DNA of 64,000 nucleotides from Candidatus Omnitrophota bacterium (GTDB lineage Bacteria; Omnitrophota; Gorgyraeia; Gygaellales; Profunditerraquicolaceae): contig JBEKSD010000005.1 of NCBI GenBank assembly GCA_049517335.1, positions 1-64,000 of the forward strand, written 5' to 3'. A program made the position numbers and the translations under genes. Of the stretch, positions 49,879 to 59,690 are shown piece after piece; the first letter of the stretch is position 1, and every line of letters starts with the position of its first letter. A model generated the notes under the pieces. The model made no database searches and was not told the DNA's origin. It worked only from the letters and a program-made list of their open reading frames with translations.

Positions 49879-51281
49879 TTGGCCTCATAAATATAGTCTC
49901 CTTTATCGTATATCAGTTTCCATCCGCAGTTGATTTTAAACTTTGACAGGATATACCGGACGCCGTACTTCCCGATTATTTGCTCCTTTATTTTGCAGTC
50001 GTCCGTGTTAAAGAACTTTTCCGAATCCTGCCGGTTGCCGTAAAAAGCATAAGTTGCTACCGGCTGATGCCGGGAAACAGGATAGAGGGCTTCCGAGATG
50101 CCAGCCGGCGCCATAACCACTGAAGGTTGCGGCAAGGAAGACAAAAATATTAGGGCCCGGTAATCATTGCCATCAATTACCTCATACAAATCAACCTGTT
50201 TAGGGATGCGCCAATAGGACCAAAAAGTAGAAATCACTATTATGATGATAAAAACATAAGCTGTCTTTTTACTGACTTTCCATATTCCTTTCAAGAAATA
50301 ATCTGTACCCAACGCACTTAATAGCGGCAGGCTTATGGCAAAATAATACAGATTCCGCTGATAAGGGATTAAATAGGATATACCAGATATTCTATAAACT
50401 ATTATTGATATCAATATACATATCGGCCAAAGCAAATAAGCCAAATACTTTTTGAAATTATTCCTGTTTGAAAAAATGAATACTATCCCCGGAATTACCG
50501 ATATATATCCTATCAGGCTATAAAGCTCTGAAGGCGAATTATTAATTTCCAATTTTCCCCATCCGCGCTTGAACTGTAACGCCTGAATCATATTATTTAT
50601 TAAATCCGGCCACGGGACCCGCATCATAAATTTATAAAATACCATCCCTCCTAGGGGGATTATTAAGAATAAAGAAAAAAATTTCCACTCTTTTTTAATA
50701 TACCGGAGATTAAACAAAGAGTGGATTATCAGGAAAGGAAAAGCGAATAACACAGAAATTGCGTGGATAGGTAAAAGAAACGCCATTATTAGCAGACTTA
50801 ACAGGATAAACTTTTTATTTTCTTTCTCGAGGCCTTCTGTAAAAAAATATGCGTAAAGGAAAATAAAGGGTATAGAGAATGTAAGGGGCGTGAAGAACCA
50901 TAAACCAGTTATATTGACATTTGATTTTATTGAGGCGAAAAAAACCATCGCCATAGCAGCGGTAAAAAAGTTCTTCCCCGTTTTTCTATAGACTGTGAAG
51001 AAAACGATAAATGCACAAAGTACCGCCCAAATTGCAGGAAGGAATTTATATATCAGGACAAGGTCTGCAATCCTGGATAAAGGCAGGAGAAAGATATGAA
51101 AACCTAAACGTAACCCTATTGATTTCCCGGAATATCCTCCAGCCTCAAGCCTTATCGTTTCCGTAATGTGGTGCCACTCATCTGCGTGGCTGGGGAAGGG
51201 GTAGCGGTAATGCGGACTATAAACTAATAAGAATGTAGCGGTTGCAGCCACCAGAACGAGGAGGATTCTGTTTTTTTTCAT
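49875..51281 (-). CDS. Polytopic membrane protein, GT-C-like
   Basis: First loop SHADEWHH (DE motif), many TMs, C-terminal YGVRYI. Confidence 0.65.
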   Translation of the reverse strand: MKKNRILLVLVAATATFLLVYSPHYRYPFPSHADEWHHITETIRLEAGGYSGKSIGLRLGFHIFLLPLSRIADLVLIYKFLPAIWAVLCAFIVFFTVYRKTGKNFFTAAMAMVFFASIKSNVNITGLWFFTPLTFSIPFIFLYAYFFTEGLEKENKKFILLSLLIMAFLLPIHAISVLFAFPFLIIHSLFNLRYIKKEWKFFSLFLIIPLGGMVFYKFMMRVPWPDLINNMIQALQFKRGWGKLEINNSPSELYSLIGYISVIPGIVFIFSNRNNFKKYLAYLLWPICILISIIVYRISGISYLIPYQRNLYYFAISLPLLSALGTDYFLKGIWKVSKKTAYVFIIIIVISTFWSYWRIPKQVDLYEVIDGNDYRALIFLSSLPQPSVVMAPAGISEALYPVSRHQPVATYAFYGNRQDSEKFFNTDDCKIKEQIIGKYGVRYILSKFKINCGWKLIYDKGDYIYEAK

Positions 51282-51320
51282 AAAGATGCATCTGATTCCG
51301 GAGGGGTCGCTTTGCTATTA

Positions 51321-51758
51321 CTATAATTTAAGTTCCCAGTCTCTTGAGCCGTCGTTTAAGACAACCCTGTCTTTACGGATATCAACTACCGTATTTGGCC
51401 CGACTTTATCGCCTATTTTTACTGTTTTGCCGTTTATTAAAGCCAAGGGAAGCTTTTCGTCCCATATTATCCCTTTTAAATCTAAGTTGCCTTCGCCGGC
51501 CGGCTTAATAGGTACTCCCTTAATAAAGGGATCCCTGCTCCAACTGCTGTAATTACTCCTTTTCGCATATCTTTTTACAGATAAGCCCTCTTCTGTCAGG
51601 CTAACGGGTTTTTCCTGTCCGGCGGTAACAGGTTTAGATTCCAAAGAAGCGAGGCGCCTTGATTTGGTTGGCGTGACTGCGCCGCGTATTAGACTAAAGA
51701 TGCCGAGAATGCTTAATATAATCAAGATTATCAGTTTTGTATTTTGCTTGTTATTCAT
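51321..51758 (-). CDS. PilP/GspB-like pilus assembly protein
   Basis: TM segment, RDPF, LKGIIWD...ALING...IGD. Confidence 0.7.
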   Translation of the reverse strand: MNNKQNTKLIILIILSILGIFSLIRGAVTPTKSRRLASLESKPVTAGQEKPVSLTEEGLSVKRYAKRSNYSSWSRDPFIKGVPIKPAGEGNLDLKGIIWDEKLPLALINGKTVKIGDKVGPNTVVDIRKDRVVLNDGSRDWELKL

Positions 51759-52255
51759 CTTAAAACATACATATCCAGCGTTAACTTGGCCCTGAGCTTT
51801 GACGGCTCGCTCGTGCTGGGAGCCAAATCAAATTCATCCACTTTAATGACGCTTTTTTCCAAATTATCCAACGACCCTAAAAAATCACCCAATTCCGAAT
51901 ATCCGGACTCTAAAACTATATATATCGGAAGCATTACGTATACTGCTTCCCGTCTCGGCTCTTCGAGTCTTGTAGAGACAAAATTGATATGGTATAACCC
52001 ACCCCGTTTGATTAATTCATCCGTAGCAACAAACAAATTTTCTTCATTTACCAACTGCTGCCTACTCGCAACTGTTTGCATATAAGCCACCGTATCGCGC
52101 GCTTTGAACAACTCTGCTTCCAGAGTTTTGGCATCGTTGCTCTTTAACCTTAACTGCCTGACCAGCGGCATATATAAAACAAAACACAAAATAAAACCGG
52201 CTATTGCTATGCCGACAGATATAATAATCAACTTGTTCCTGTTAAAACTTATCAT
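51755..52255 (-). CDS. pilO: PilO-like pilus assembly protein
   Basis: TM, coiled coil, GYSELGDFL; follows PilM/N. Confidence 0.75.
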   Translation of the reverse strand: MISFNRNKLIIISVGIAIAGFILCFVLYMPLVRQLRLKSNDAKTLEAELFKARDTVAYMQTVASRQQLVNEENLFVATDELIKRGGLYHINFVSTRLEEPRREAVYVMLPIYIVLESGYSELGDFLGSLDNLEKSVIKVDEFDLAPSTSEPSKLRAKLTLDMYVLR

Positions 52256-53866
52256 TTAATCTATCCTACAGTTCAGCACAAACTCCTTGGATGCTTTTTT
52301 CTGCAGTCCTCTCGTGCTGACTAATTTTACGTTATTAAATAAACCTTTCTCCAAACTAAGCATAAAGTCCGAAATACGTTCCTGCCCTTGCACTTGAAGC
52401 GCAATACCTTTTATGGTAATGATTTTATTCCTCATACTGAGCCGAGTAAGGTAAATATCGTTAGGAATGATATTGCTCAACTCTTTAAAGGTATCCGACC
52501 AGTATGGCTCGCCCGCCAGCAGGGAAAAAACCCTGGCCTGCTTAAGCTGGGGCTCCAGAGAAGAAAGTTCCAGTTTAGCGACGTTTGCCCTCTTCTGGTA
52601 ATTATTAAGTTTGATTCTCATGCCTATATAAATGAATGCTAAAATAAGGATAACTATAGTAGCCGTAGTCTCAAAAGTTGTGCGCTTAAACATGCGCTTC
52701 GTCTTTTCTTTGACTTCAGGAGGAAGAAGATTAATAGCTCCTCCCCCGCTTAAAGCTGAGCCTATTGCCACAGCCAAAACATGAAAAATTCCGTCTTTTT
52801 CGTGCCTTGCATCCGGCCTTGCTTTAAGGCCCTCAAGGGGATTTCCTAACCTTACCTCCATACCTAACTCTTCGGAAAGGAACTTAGCAAGGCCTCTTAA
52901 TGATGCACCTCCTCCGGATAAAACCAAAAAGTCAATTCTCTCGCCTCCGCTCTCCTCCCTGTAATAATCAAGGCATCGCGCTATCTCACCTACCAACTGT
53001 ACCAACGGAGTCCTTAACATAGATAAAATCTGGGTAGTAGAGACCTTATCATTAATAATTCTTGCTTCAGTTTCAGAAGGTATCCCTATTTCCCGTTTTA
53101 TTTTTTCCGCTTCATCCAAAGTAAGTTCGATCCTGCCCCTGTCGGAAATCAGGACTCCGGTCATCGCCCTTGTGATCTCGTTTCCGGCAACGGGAATTTT
53201 GCGGCTGAATATTAAATTTTTCCCTTTTAGAATGATTAATTCCGTATACAACGCACCGATGTCAACAAAACATAAAGTCTTGCCTTCTTTTGCGTATACT
53301 GCTTCAGCTGACTTTTGCAAGGCAAAAGGAACCGGAATCAACGCAGTAGGACTGACTCCTACCTTTGCCAATAACGACAGGTACTTGTCAATGGTTGCCT
53401 TTGGTGAAACCGCTAAGACAGCCTCGTATTTCTTTACGCCTTTTTCAGTGAAATCCCCCAATATTTCATAATCGGATAATGAGTTAGTTACCGGAAACAT
53501 AAAATAATTTTTTATTCCTAAATTTATGCATTCGCGCAATTCCTGCTTCGGCATATAAGGCACAACTACCCTGTTTATAGCGGTATGAGGACAGTTGATG
53601 CTTACGATAATTTGTGATTTATTTCTGTCTATTCCTTTTAATAAATCATTTAGTATCCCTGTAATTTCTTCCTCGCGGACAGCTTCATTATCAGCCGGCC
53701 TGATTTCTTTTAAATCCAGCCTGACAAGATAAAATCCATTCTCTCTCTTTTCAAATTGAGCGAGCTTCACGGAAGCCGTCCCAATATCAAGACCAATGAT
53801 AAAATCTTTCTTAAAAATATCTTTAAAACTAATAAGATTCATTTTAATCTTTTCCTTTACTAACAA
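52256..53866 (-). CDS. pilM: PilM-PilN fusion protein
   Basis: GLDIGTASVK, VDIG and LSGGGA actin-like motifs; INLLP, a TM helix and a PilN domain. The start may be 53842. Confidence 0.85.
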   Translation of the reverse strand: MLVKEKIKMNLISFKDIFKKDFIIGLDIGTASVKLAQFEKRENGFYLVRLDLKEIRPADNEAVREEEITGILNDLLKGIDRNKSQIIVSINCPHTAINRVVVPYMPKQELRECINLGIKNYFMFPVTNSLSDYEILGDFTEKGVKKYEAVLAVSPKATIDKYLSLLAKVGVSPTALIPVPFALQKSAEAVYAKEGKTLCFVDIGALYTELIILKGKNLIFSRKIPVAGNEITRAMTGVLISDRGRIELTLDEAEKIKREIGIPSETEARIINDKVSTTQILSMLRTPLVQLVGEIARCLDYYREESGGERIDFLVLSGGGASLRGLAKFLSEELGMEVRLGNPLEGLKARPDARHEKDGIFHVLAVAIGSALSGGGAINLLPPEVKEKTKRMFKRTTFETTATIVILILAFIYIGMRIKLNNYQKRANVAKLELSSLEPQLKQARVFSLLAGEPYWSDTFKELSNIIPNDIYLTRLSMRNKIITIKGIALQVQGQERISDFMLSLEKGLFNNVKLVSTRGLQKKASKEFVLNCRID

Positions 53867-53881
53867 AACACAATACGCGGG

Positions 53882-54340
53882 CTAAGGCGTGTAAATTTCA
53901 TTCCAATTATTACTAGCAATAACAGCACCCGGGACTAGGCCATAAGCGCTTTGGTATGGCGCTGTCGCCAAAACCATGGTCTGTTGTATTTTCCTATTAA
54001 TACCGCTCATTGTGCCGGTTGAAGTGAGGATATAGGTAGTGCCACTCTTACTTACAGTGACAGAATAGGTCCCGCCTCCTAAACTTCCACTTACTGGCGT
54101 AGGACTAGTTACATAAGTAGGCGTCATTTTTAATTGATAGATAACTTGCTGTATGCCTGCTTCAGCAAGCCAGAGCGCTTTATAAGAATCATTATCATAG
54201 CCTGTGCTTTTTAATTGGGTAGAGTTTAAATATAAGAAAGCAGCGACTATAGCAGTCAGCGTGGTTATGATTATAAAGGTTAGTAGTAAAACCATGCCTT
54301 TCTGGTCTTTTTTAGGATATTTCCTGGTATCTTTAATCAT
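53882..54340 (-). CDS. PilX/GspK-like minor pilin
   Basis: QKG/MVLL, ALWLAEAGI, TSTG; start set at MIKD (54340). Confidence 0.75.
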   Translation of the reverse strand: MIKDTRKYPKKDQKGMVLLLTFIIITTLTAIVAAFLYLNSTQLKSTGYDNDSYKALWLAEAGIQQVIYQLKMTPTYVTSPTPVSGSLGGGTYSVTVSKSGTTYILTSTGTMSGINRKIQQTMVLATAPYQSAYGLVPGAVIASNNWNEIYTP

Positions 54341-54369
54341 CTTTAAGCTCCTTCTTTCTACCCTATAAA

Positions 54370-55140
54370 CTATTGACAAAGGATTGTTAGGTAACCTGTC
54401 TTTGTATATCCTGGGCAAGTATCGACACAATTAGTGTCGTTAAAGTTCCAGGAACACGATGTCGCCCCGACGCATGAAGGCTTTGTTCTACAGTCAGCGC
54501 CAGTTGCGCTGTCGCAATTTCCGCATTTGCTCGCACCGTACTTAACATACTCAACTGCAGTTATAGTTGTTCCCGTTGGGCATGTTGCAGTACAGCTGTT
54601 ATCTTGTAAAACTGAGCAACAAACTCTTGACAACATATTTCTTGGCGTCACCTGCGCTATTGACCTTATAGTCTCATCTTTCCTCTTTATACTTAAATCT
54701 ATGTTAACAATATTTCCGCTAAAAGATAAATTTGAAGTTGAGGGAGGCAGCAGGTCACTAATGATAATGTTTCCTGAGCCGTAGGTAAAAGTTCCGGCAA
54801 TACCTCCGGAAAGCACAGCTTTTCTTAACTGATATAAACTCTGATTAAAGTTAAGCGGATAAGTATCGCCTGAATTGTAAAAGTAATAGATATAATACGT
54901 GCTTTTATCCTGCGTAAACCTGATTTCGTCATTACCCTGGCTTACCACCTGCTGCGCTTTCCTTAAATCCTGAACCATTTCTTCTATACCCCTATTCAAG
55001 CCTATATCAATGCCTGCCCTTGTTTCTTGCCCTGACCAACTTAATAATATAGCACGAAAAATATATGCCATAACAACGGTCAAAATAGCAACCATTGCCG
55101 TTGTAATTATAAGCTCCATTAAAGTTAATCCTTTACACAT
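54370..55140 (-). CDS. PilW/GspJ-like minor pilin with a C-terminal SUEL-type lectin domain
   Basis: KG/LTLME prepilin motif; C-terminal CPTGTTI...YG...C...C...CVGATSC...DTCPGYTK...C. Confidence 0.75.
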   Translation of the reverse strand: MCKGLTLMELIITTAMVAILTVVMAYIFRAILLSWSGQETRAGIDIGLNRGIEEMVQDLRKAQQVVSQGNDEIRFTQDKSTYYIYYFYNSGDTYPLNFNQSLYQLRKAVLSGGIAGTFTYGSGNIIISDLLPPSTSNLSFSGNIVNIDLSIKRKDETIRSIAQVTPRNMLSRVCCSVLQDNSCTATCPTGTTITAVEYVKYGASKCGNCDSATGADCRTKPSCVGATSCSWNFNDTNCVDTCPGYTKTGYLTILCQ

Positions 55141-55153
55141 TGTTTTTGGTCTT

Positions 55154-55531
55154 TTAATAGTTTGTCATAAGGGTCGTCAGGGTAATGCTCGTTGACCCGC
55201 CTTTAACATTCCAGCTAACCGTTATATTTACAGGTAAAGGGTTTTGGCCCTCGGTAACACTACCGCTTACGGTAAAATTGGGAAATCCAAGATTAGAAAT
55301 AAGGCTTTGAATTTTTGCATTAGTACTTATATTGGTAAAATTGGTAAAAGTATTATTTTTTATTAACTCCATATTCCTTTCGGCGATATTTAAAGCCAGA
55401 TTCATATTCTCAGCCTCTCCGCTAGCGGAAAGTCCACTGCTAAACGCCCATATTAATGCAATCATCCCCACCGAAATAATAATTGTTGCCAGAAGCACTT
55501 CCAATAAAGTAAAACCGCGCATCTTTAGCAT
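55154..55531 (-). CDS. PilV/GspI-like minor pilin
   Basis: RG/FTLLE; ITVSW. Confidence 0.82.
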   Translation of the reverse strand: MLKMRGFTLLEVLLATIIISVGMIALIWAFSSGLSASGEAENMNLALNIAERNMELIKNNTFTNFTNISTNAKIQSLISNLGFPNFTVSGSVTEGQNPLPVNITVSWNVKGGSTSITLTTLMTNY

Positions 55532-55552
55532 TCCTCTTATTTCTCTTTTCGC

Positions 55553-56005
55553 TTACGGCCCGGTAGTATCCTGCCCAGCATTAGAAACATAGATACAGCT
55601 TGCGGGGTTTGACTCCTGAACATCATTAGTAGTATCTGCAAAACCAGTAACGGATCCATTCCCTGCGGGACCAACGGACCAAATTGCATAGTATTTATTA
55701 TTTGTCCCTCCGTTTAGATATTGATAACCAGCGCCACCACTAGAGAAAGGGTCTGTAGGTAATGCCTCTAAAATCTGGGGACTCTGATTTTTAAGTACCG
55801 TTGTAGTGAGGGTTGTAGGATAAATATTGGAATTATGCATATAATAACTTTCTACTGCAATCTGTAATGTCCTTAATTCACCCTTAGCCTTGGCAATATT
55901 GCCTTCCTCTACCATACCTCTAAAGCGCGGCAGGGCTATACCGATAAGGATAGCGATAACCATAATTACCATTAAGAGTTCGAGCAGCGTAAAACCTTTT
56001 TTCAT
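55553..56005 (-). CDS. GspG-like major (pseudo)pilin
   Basis: KKG/FTLLE, DPF, IWSVGP. Confidence 0.85.
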   Translation of the reverse strand: MKKGFTLLELLMVIMVIAILIGIALPRFRGMVEEGNIAKAKGELRTLQIAVESYYMHNSNIYPTTLTTTVLKNQSPQILEALPTDPFSSGGAGYQYLNGGTNNKYYAIWSVGPAGNGSVTGFADTTNDVQESNPASCIYVSNAGQDTTGP

Positions 56006-56019
56006 TTTTTCTCCTTTTG

Positions 56020-57234
56020 TTAATGATGTAATGTCTTAATCATATCAAACATAGGTAGCAGCATAGATGCCATAATAAAACCTATCATAACAGCCATTAC
56101 TACCAAAAGCAAGGGTTCTAACACGGTAACCAGCCTCTTTATTGCGTAGCTTAAGGTCATATCGTAGAAATCCGAAATTTTATTAAGCATCCCGGCCAAA
56201 TCTCCAGTCTCCTCCCCCACGGAAATCATCTGGATAACATCCTGCGGGAATTCTCCGCTTATTTTTAAGGACTCCGAGATTTTCTCGCCCTTTTCCACGC
56301 TCTCGCGCACATTCTTTATTATATGGCTTAAGACTTCATTGCCTATCACGTCCTGTGTGATATCCAAAGACTGTAAAATAGGCACCCCGCTCTCTACCAG
56401 TGTTGCCAGGGTCCGGGAAAACCGGGATACGGCAGCTTTACGGTATAAGGCGCCAAAGAGAGGCAATTTTAGTTTAAGGCTGTCCAGATTAAGCCGCCCT
56501 GACTTTGTTTTAACATAATATTTCACACCGACAGCACAAAGGATAATTAATAAAATTAATAAGTACCAGAATCTCTTAATCCCGATCCCGACACTGTAGA
56601 GTATTAAAGTTGGTAGCGGTAGCGTTATACCCGCCTTCAGGAAAATCTCGGTAAACTTGGGGATGATAAACGTAGATATAAAAAGAATGACGCCTATACC
56701 GGCCAACAGAAGTATCAAAGGATAAAACAGGACCCCTTTTATTTTCTGTCTTAAATCCTCCTGATGTTCGATAAACTGCGCAAAGCGGCTTAATATCGCG
56801 CCTAATTTGCCGCTTACTTCTCCTGCCTTGACCATGCTTATAAAAAGAAAGGGGAAAACCTTCGGGTAGCCGGATAAAGCGGTAGAAAAACTGTCACCGG
56901 CTTGAATGCTTTTTGAAACGCCGTTTATGATTTCTTTTAATCTTTTATTTCCGGTCTGGTTGGCGAGAGTCTTTAGGCTGAACAAGATGTCTATGCCGGC
57001 GTTGAGCATATTGGAAAGCTGGACATAAAATACAATCAGGTCCTGCATGCCTATGACTTTAAATTTATCAAATAGCATATCGACCTTAATACTAGTAAAG
57101 GCTTCACTTATCTCCGTAGTCATATAACCCAGCTTGTGCAGTTTATCTACAAGCTCTTCTTTAGTCGCAGCCTCCATCACGCCTTTAATCGGTTGTCCCG
57201 TTGCGTCGCGCGCCTTGTAGGTATATGTCGGCAT
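56020..57234 (-). CDS. pilC: PilC/GspF inner membrane platform protein
   Basis: AGEVSG, YP, GEETG and LEP repeats. Confidence 0.92.
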   Translation of the reverse strand: MPTYTYKARDATGQPIKGVMEAATKEELVDKLHKLGYMTTEISEAFTSIKVDMLFDKFKVIGMQDLIVFYVQLSNMLNAGIDILFSLKTLANQTGNKRLKEIINGVSKSIQAGDSFSTALSGYPKVFPFLFISMVKAGEVSGKLGAILSRFAQFIEHQEDLRQKIKGVLFYPLILLLAGIGVILFISTFIIPKFTEIFLKAGITLPLPTLILYSVGIGIKRFWYLLILLIILCAVGVKYYVKTKSGRLNLDSLKLKLPLFGALYRKAAVSRFSRTLATLVESGVPILQSLDITQDVIGNEVLSHIIKNVRESVEKGEKISESLKISGEFPQDVIQMISVGEETGDLAGMLNKISDFYDMTLSYAIKRLVTVLEPLLLVVMAVMIGFIMASMLLPMFDMIKTLHH

Positions 57235-58931
57235 TATTCCTCCTGGATTACGCGCAGTACTTCTTCAACTGTTGTCAGACCCTCTCTAATTTTTTGAATT
57301 CCGTCATCCCTTAAGGTACTCATTCCTAAAGTCACAGCATGCTTTCTAATCTCTTCCCGCGAGGCCTTGGCAGTGGTCAAGTTGCGGATTGCATCATCCA
57401 TAATCATTAATTCAAAGATACCGATTCTTCCTTTATAGCCAGAGTGCAGGCACTTAGGACAGCCTCTTCCCTTATAAAATTCGGTTTTTTCTTCTTCACT
57501 TAAGCCAATGTCCTTCAACATTTCTTTTGTGGGAGAATATTTTTCTTTACAGTAAAGGCAGATAGTCCTTATTAACCTTTGGGCTAAAACGCCGATGATA
57601 GATGAAGAGACTAAAAAGGGTTCGGCCCCTAAATCAATCAAGCGGGTAATTGTGCCCGGGGCATCATTGGTATGGAGCGTGGAAAAAACCAAGTGTCCGG
57701 TTAAGGCTGCATGAATGGCAATTTCCACGGTTTCAAAGTCCCTGATTTCGCCCACCATTATAATGTTGGGGTCCTGCCGCAATATTGAACGCAGGCCGTT
57801 GGCAAAAGTAAGATCCGCCTTAAGATTTACCTGAATCTGGCGCACGCCCTTCAGCTTATATTCCACCGGGTCTTCAATGGTAATAATGTTTTTCTCAATG
57901 GTATTTATCTTATCCAGAGAAGCATACAAGGTGGTAGTCTTTCCGCTTCCTGTAGGACCGGTAACCAAAATTATCCCGTGTGGGCGATGGATAAGTTTTT
58001 GGTATACATCCTGAACCGGTTTAGAAAAACCCAATTGTTCAAGCCCCAAAAGCACGCTGGATACATCCAGAAGCCGTAAGACCACGTTTTCGCCGTACAC
58101 AGTGGGTACGCAAGAAACACGGACGTCTATTTCTTTACCTTCCATCCTAATGGAAAAACTTCCGTCCTGCGGTTTCCTTTTTTCCGCAATATCCAGCTTT
58201 GCGATGATTTTAATCCTTGAAATTATGGCAAACTGGAGATACTTAGGCGGAGAAGAAACCTCATAGAGCATACCGTCAACCCTGAACCTGATCTTTAAGC
58301 CCTCTTCTTCCGGCTCTATGTGTATGTCGCTTGCCCCCTCCTTAATCGCCTTCATTATAGTCAGATTGACCAGCTTTATCACCGGAGCCTGCTCCCCCAT
58401 TTCTTCTATTTTTTTGAGGTCTATCTCTTTTTCATCTTTGTTTAAACCGAGTTTTTCCTCATTAATGGTTCTGATTAAATCTTCCATCGTACCTTTTGTG
58501 CCGTAATACTGGCTTAAGGATTTTTTTATTTCCGACGCCGTGGCTACTGCCGGCTCAATAATTAGGTTCGTCTTTGCCCTTATTTCATCCAAGGCAAATA
58601 TATTCCACGGGTCAACCATGACGCAGGTGAGCCGGTTACCGATCTTTAAAATAGGAATGAGCTCATACTTTCTGGCTAATTCTTCAGGCACCAACTCAAT
58701 TATTTTAGGATCTATGAGGTAGTTATCCAATTCTATTCTGGGCAGCTCGAGCTTATTGCTTAAGAACTCCGCCAGCTCTTCTTCGCTAATTATGCCCTTA
58801 TCCACTAGAACTTTGCGTAGACGCTGACCGGTTCTTTTCTCCTCTTCCTGCGCCTGTTTAAGCTGCTCAGGCGTAATAATGCCTGTTTCTACGAGGCTCT
58901 CACCCAATGACTTTTTCTCTTGTTTTTGCAC
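57234..58931 (-). CDS. pilB: PilB/GspE assembly ATPase with a MshEN-like N-terminus
   Basis: LGESLVETGII, ASDIH, GPTGSGKTT, LRQDP, and a CxxC...CxxC zinc site. Confidence 0.93.
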   Translation of the reverse strand: MQKQEKKSLGESLVETGIITPEQLKQAQEEEKRTGQRLRKVLVDKGIISEEELAEFLSNKLELPRIELDNYLIDPKIIELVPEELARKYELIPILKIGNRLTCVMVDPWNIFALDEIRAKTNLIIEPAVATASEIKKSLSQYYGTKGTMEDLIRTINEEKLGLNKDEKEIDLKKIEEMGEQAPVIKLVNLTIMKAIKEGASDIHIEPEEEGLKIRFRVDGMLYEVSSPPKYLQFAIISRIKIIAKLDIAEKRKPQDGSFSIRMEGKEIDVRVSCVPTVYGENVVLRLLDVSSVLLGLEQLGFSKPVQDVYQKLIHRPHGIILVTGPTGSGKTTTLYASLDKINTIEKNIITIEDPVEYKLKGVRQIQVNLKADLTFANGLRSILRQDPNIIMVGEIRDFETVEIAIHAALTGHLVFSTLHTNDAPGTITRLIDLGAEPFLVSSSIIGVLAQRLIRTICLYCKEKYSPTKEMLKDIGLSEEEKTEFYKGRGCPKCLHSGYKGRIGIFELMIMDDAIRNLTTAKASREEIRKHAVTLGMSTLRDDGIQKIREGLTTVEEVLRVIQEE

Positions 58932-58937
58932 TGTCCG

Positions 58938-59309
58938 TTACTCCTTCAATAGCTCTTTTATCTTAGCTAAAAGTATTTCATATTGGAAGGGCTTAGTAAT
59001 ATAAGCATCGGCGCCAACCTCAAACCCAAGTTTCTCGTCGCTTTCCTGCGCCCTTGCCGTAGCCATGATTACGGGAATCCTGTTATATCTGGCATCGGCT
59101 TTAAGCAGGCCGCAGACTTTGTAGCCGTCCATCTTAGGCAGCATCAAATCAAGAATGACCAGATCAGGGCTTTCTTTCTTCGCCTTATCCAGAGCTTCCT
59201 TCCCGTCGCCGGTAGATAAAACTTCGTAGCCGGCCTGTTCGAGCCTGATTTGCATTGCCCTGACCATTTCAAGCTCGTCCTCCACCAGCAATATTCTTTT
59301 CTTAACCAT
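58938..59309 (-). CDS. Single-domain response regulator
   Basis: LVEDE, LDLMLP, TKPF. Confidence 0.92.
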   Translation of the reverse strand: MVKKRILLVEDELEMVRAMQIRLEQAGYEVLSTGDGKEALDKAKKESPDLVILDLMLPKMDGYKVCGLLKADARYNRIPVIMATARAQESDEKLGFEVGADAYITKPFQYEILLAKIKELLKE

Positions 59310-59671
59310 TATCCTTCTCTTTCGCTTTTATATTTATCAATGATCTCTTCTATGTCTTTAAATTGGAGAGGCTTGGTTAAATATTCATCCGCGCCTAAAT
59401 CTTTAGCGGCAGAATCCGCCATCTGCGGATATCCGGTAATCATTACCGCTTTTATTTCCGGCGTGTTTTTCTTTATATATTCAATCAATTCTAACCCCGT
59501 TATCTCCGGCATATTATGGTCCAAAAATACCAAATCATATTTGTTCTCTTTGATAAGTTCTAAAGCGCGCGCGCCGTCATAGGCGACATCCGTATCGTGA
59601 TTCTTCCTTTCTAGGAACTTCTTGAGCAAAAGAACTACTTCCTTTTCATCGTCGGCAATAAGTATTTTCAT
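59309..59671 (-). CDS. Single-domain response regulator
   Basis: IADDE, LDHNMP, ITG, TKP. Confidence 0.92.
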   Translation of the reverse strand: MKILIADDEKEVVLLLKKFLERKNHDTDVAYDGARALELIKENKYDLVFLDHNMPEITGLELIEYIKKNTPEIKAVMITGYPQMADSAAKDLGADEYLTKPLQFKDIEEIIDKYKSEREG

Positions 59672-59690
59672 ATCTCTAAGAAGTCATTCC

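Noticed and set aside
52256-53866. PilM-PilN fusion as a novelty
   Set aside because: It mirrors the known GspL/PilMN organisation; recorded as a feature only.
54341-54430. N-terminal extension of the PilX-like ORF
   Set aside because: It overlaps the upstream pilin; the prepilin-like start lies at 54340.
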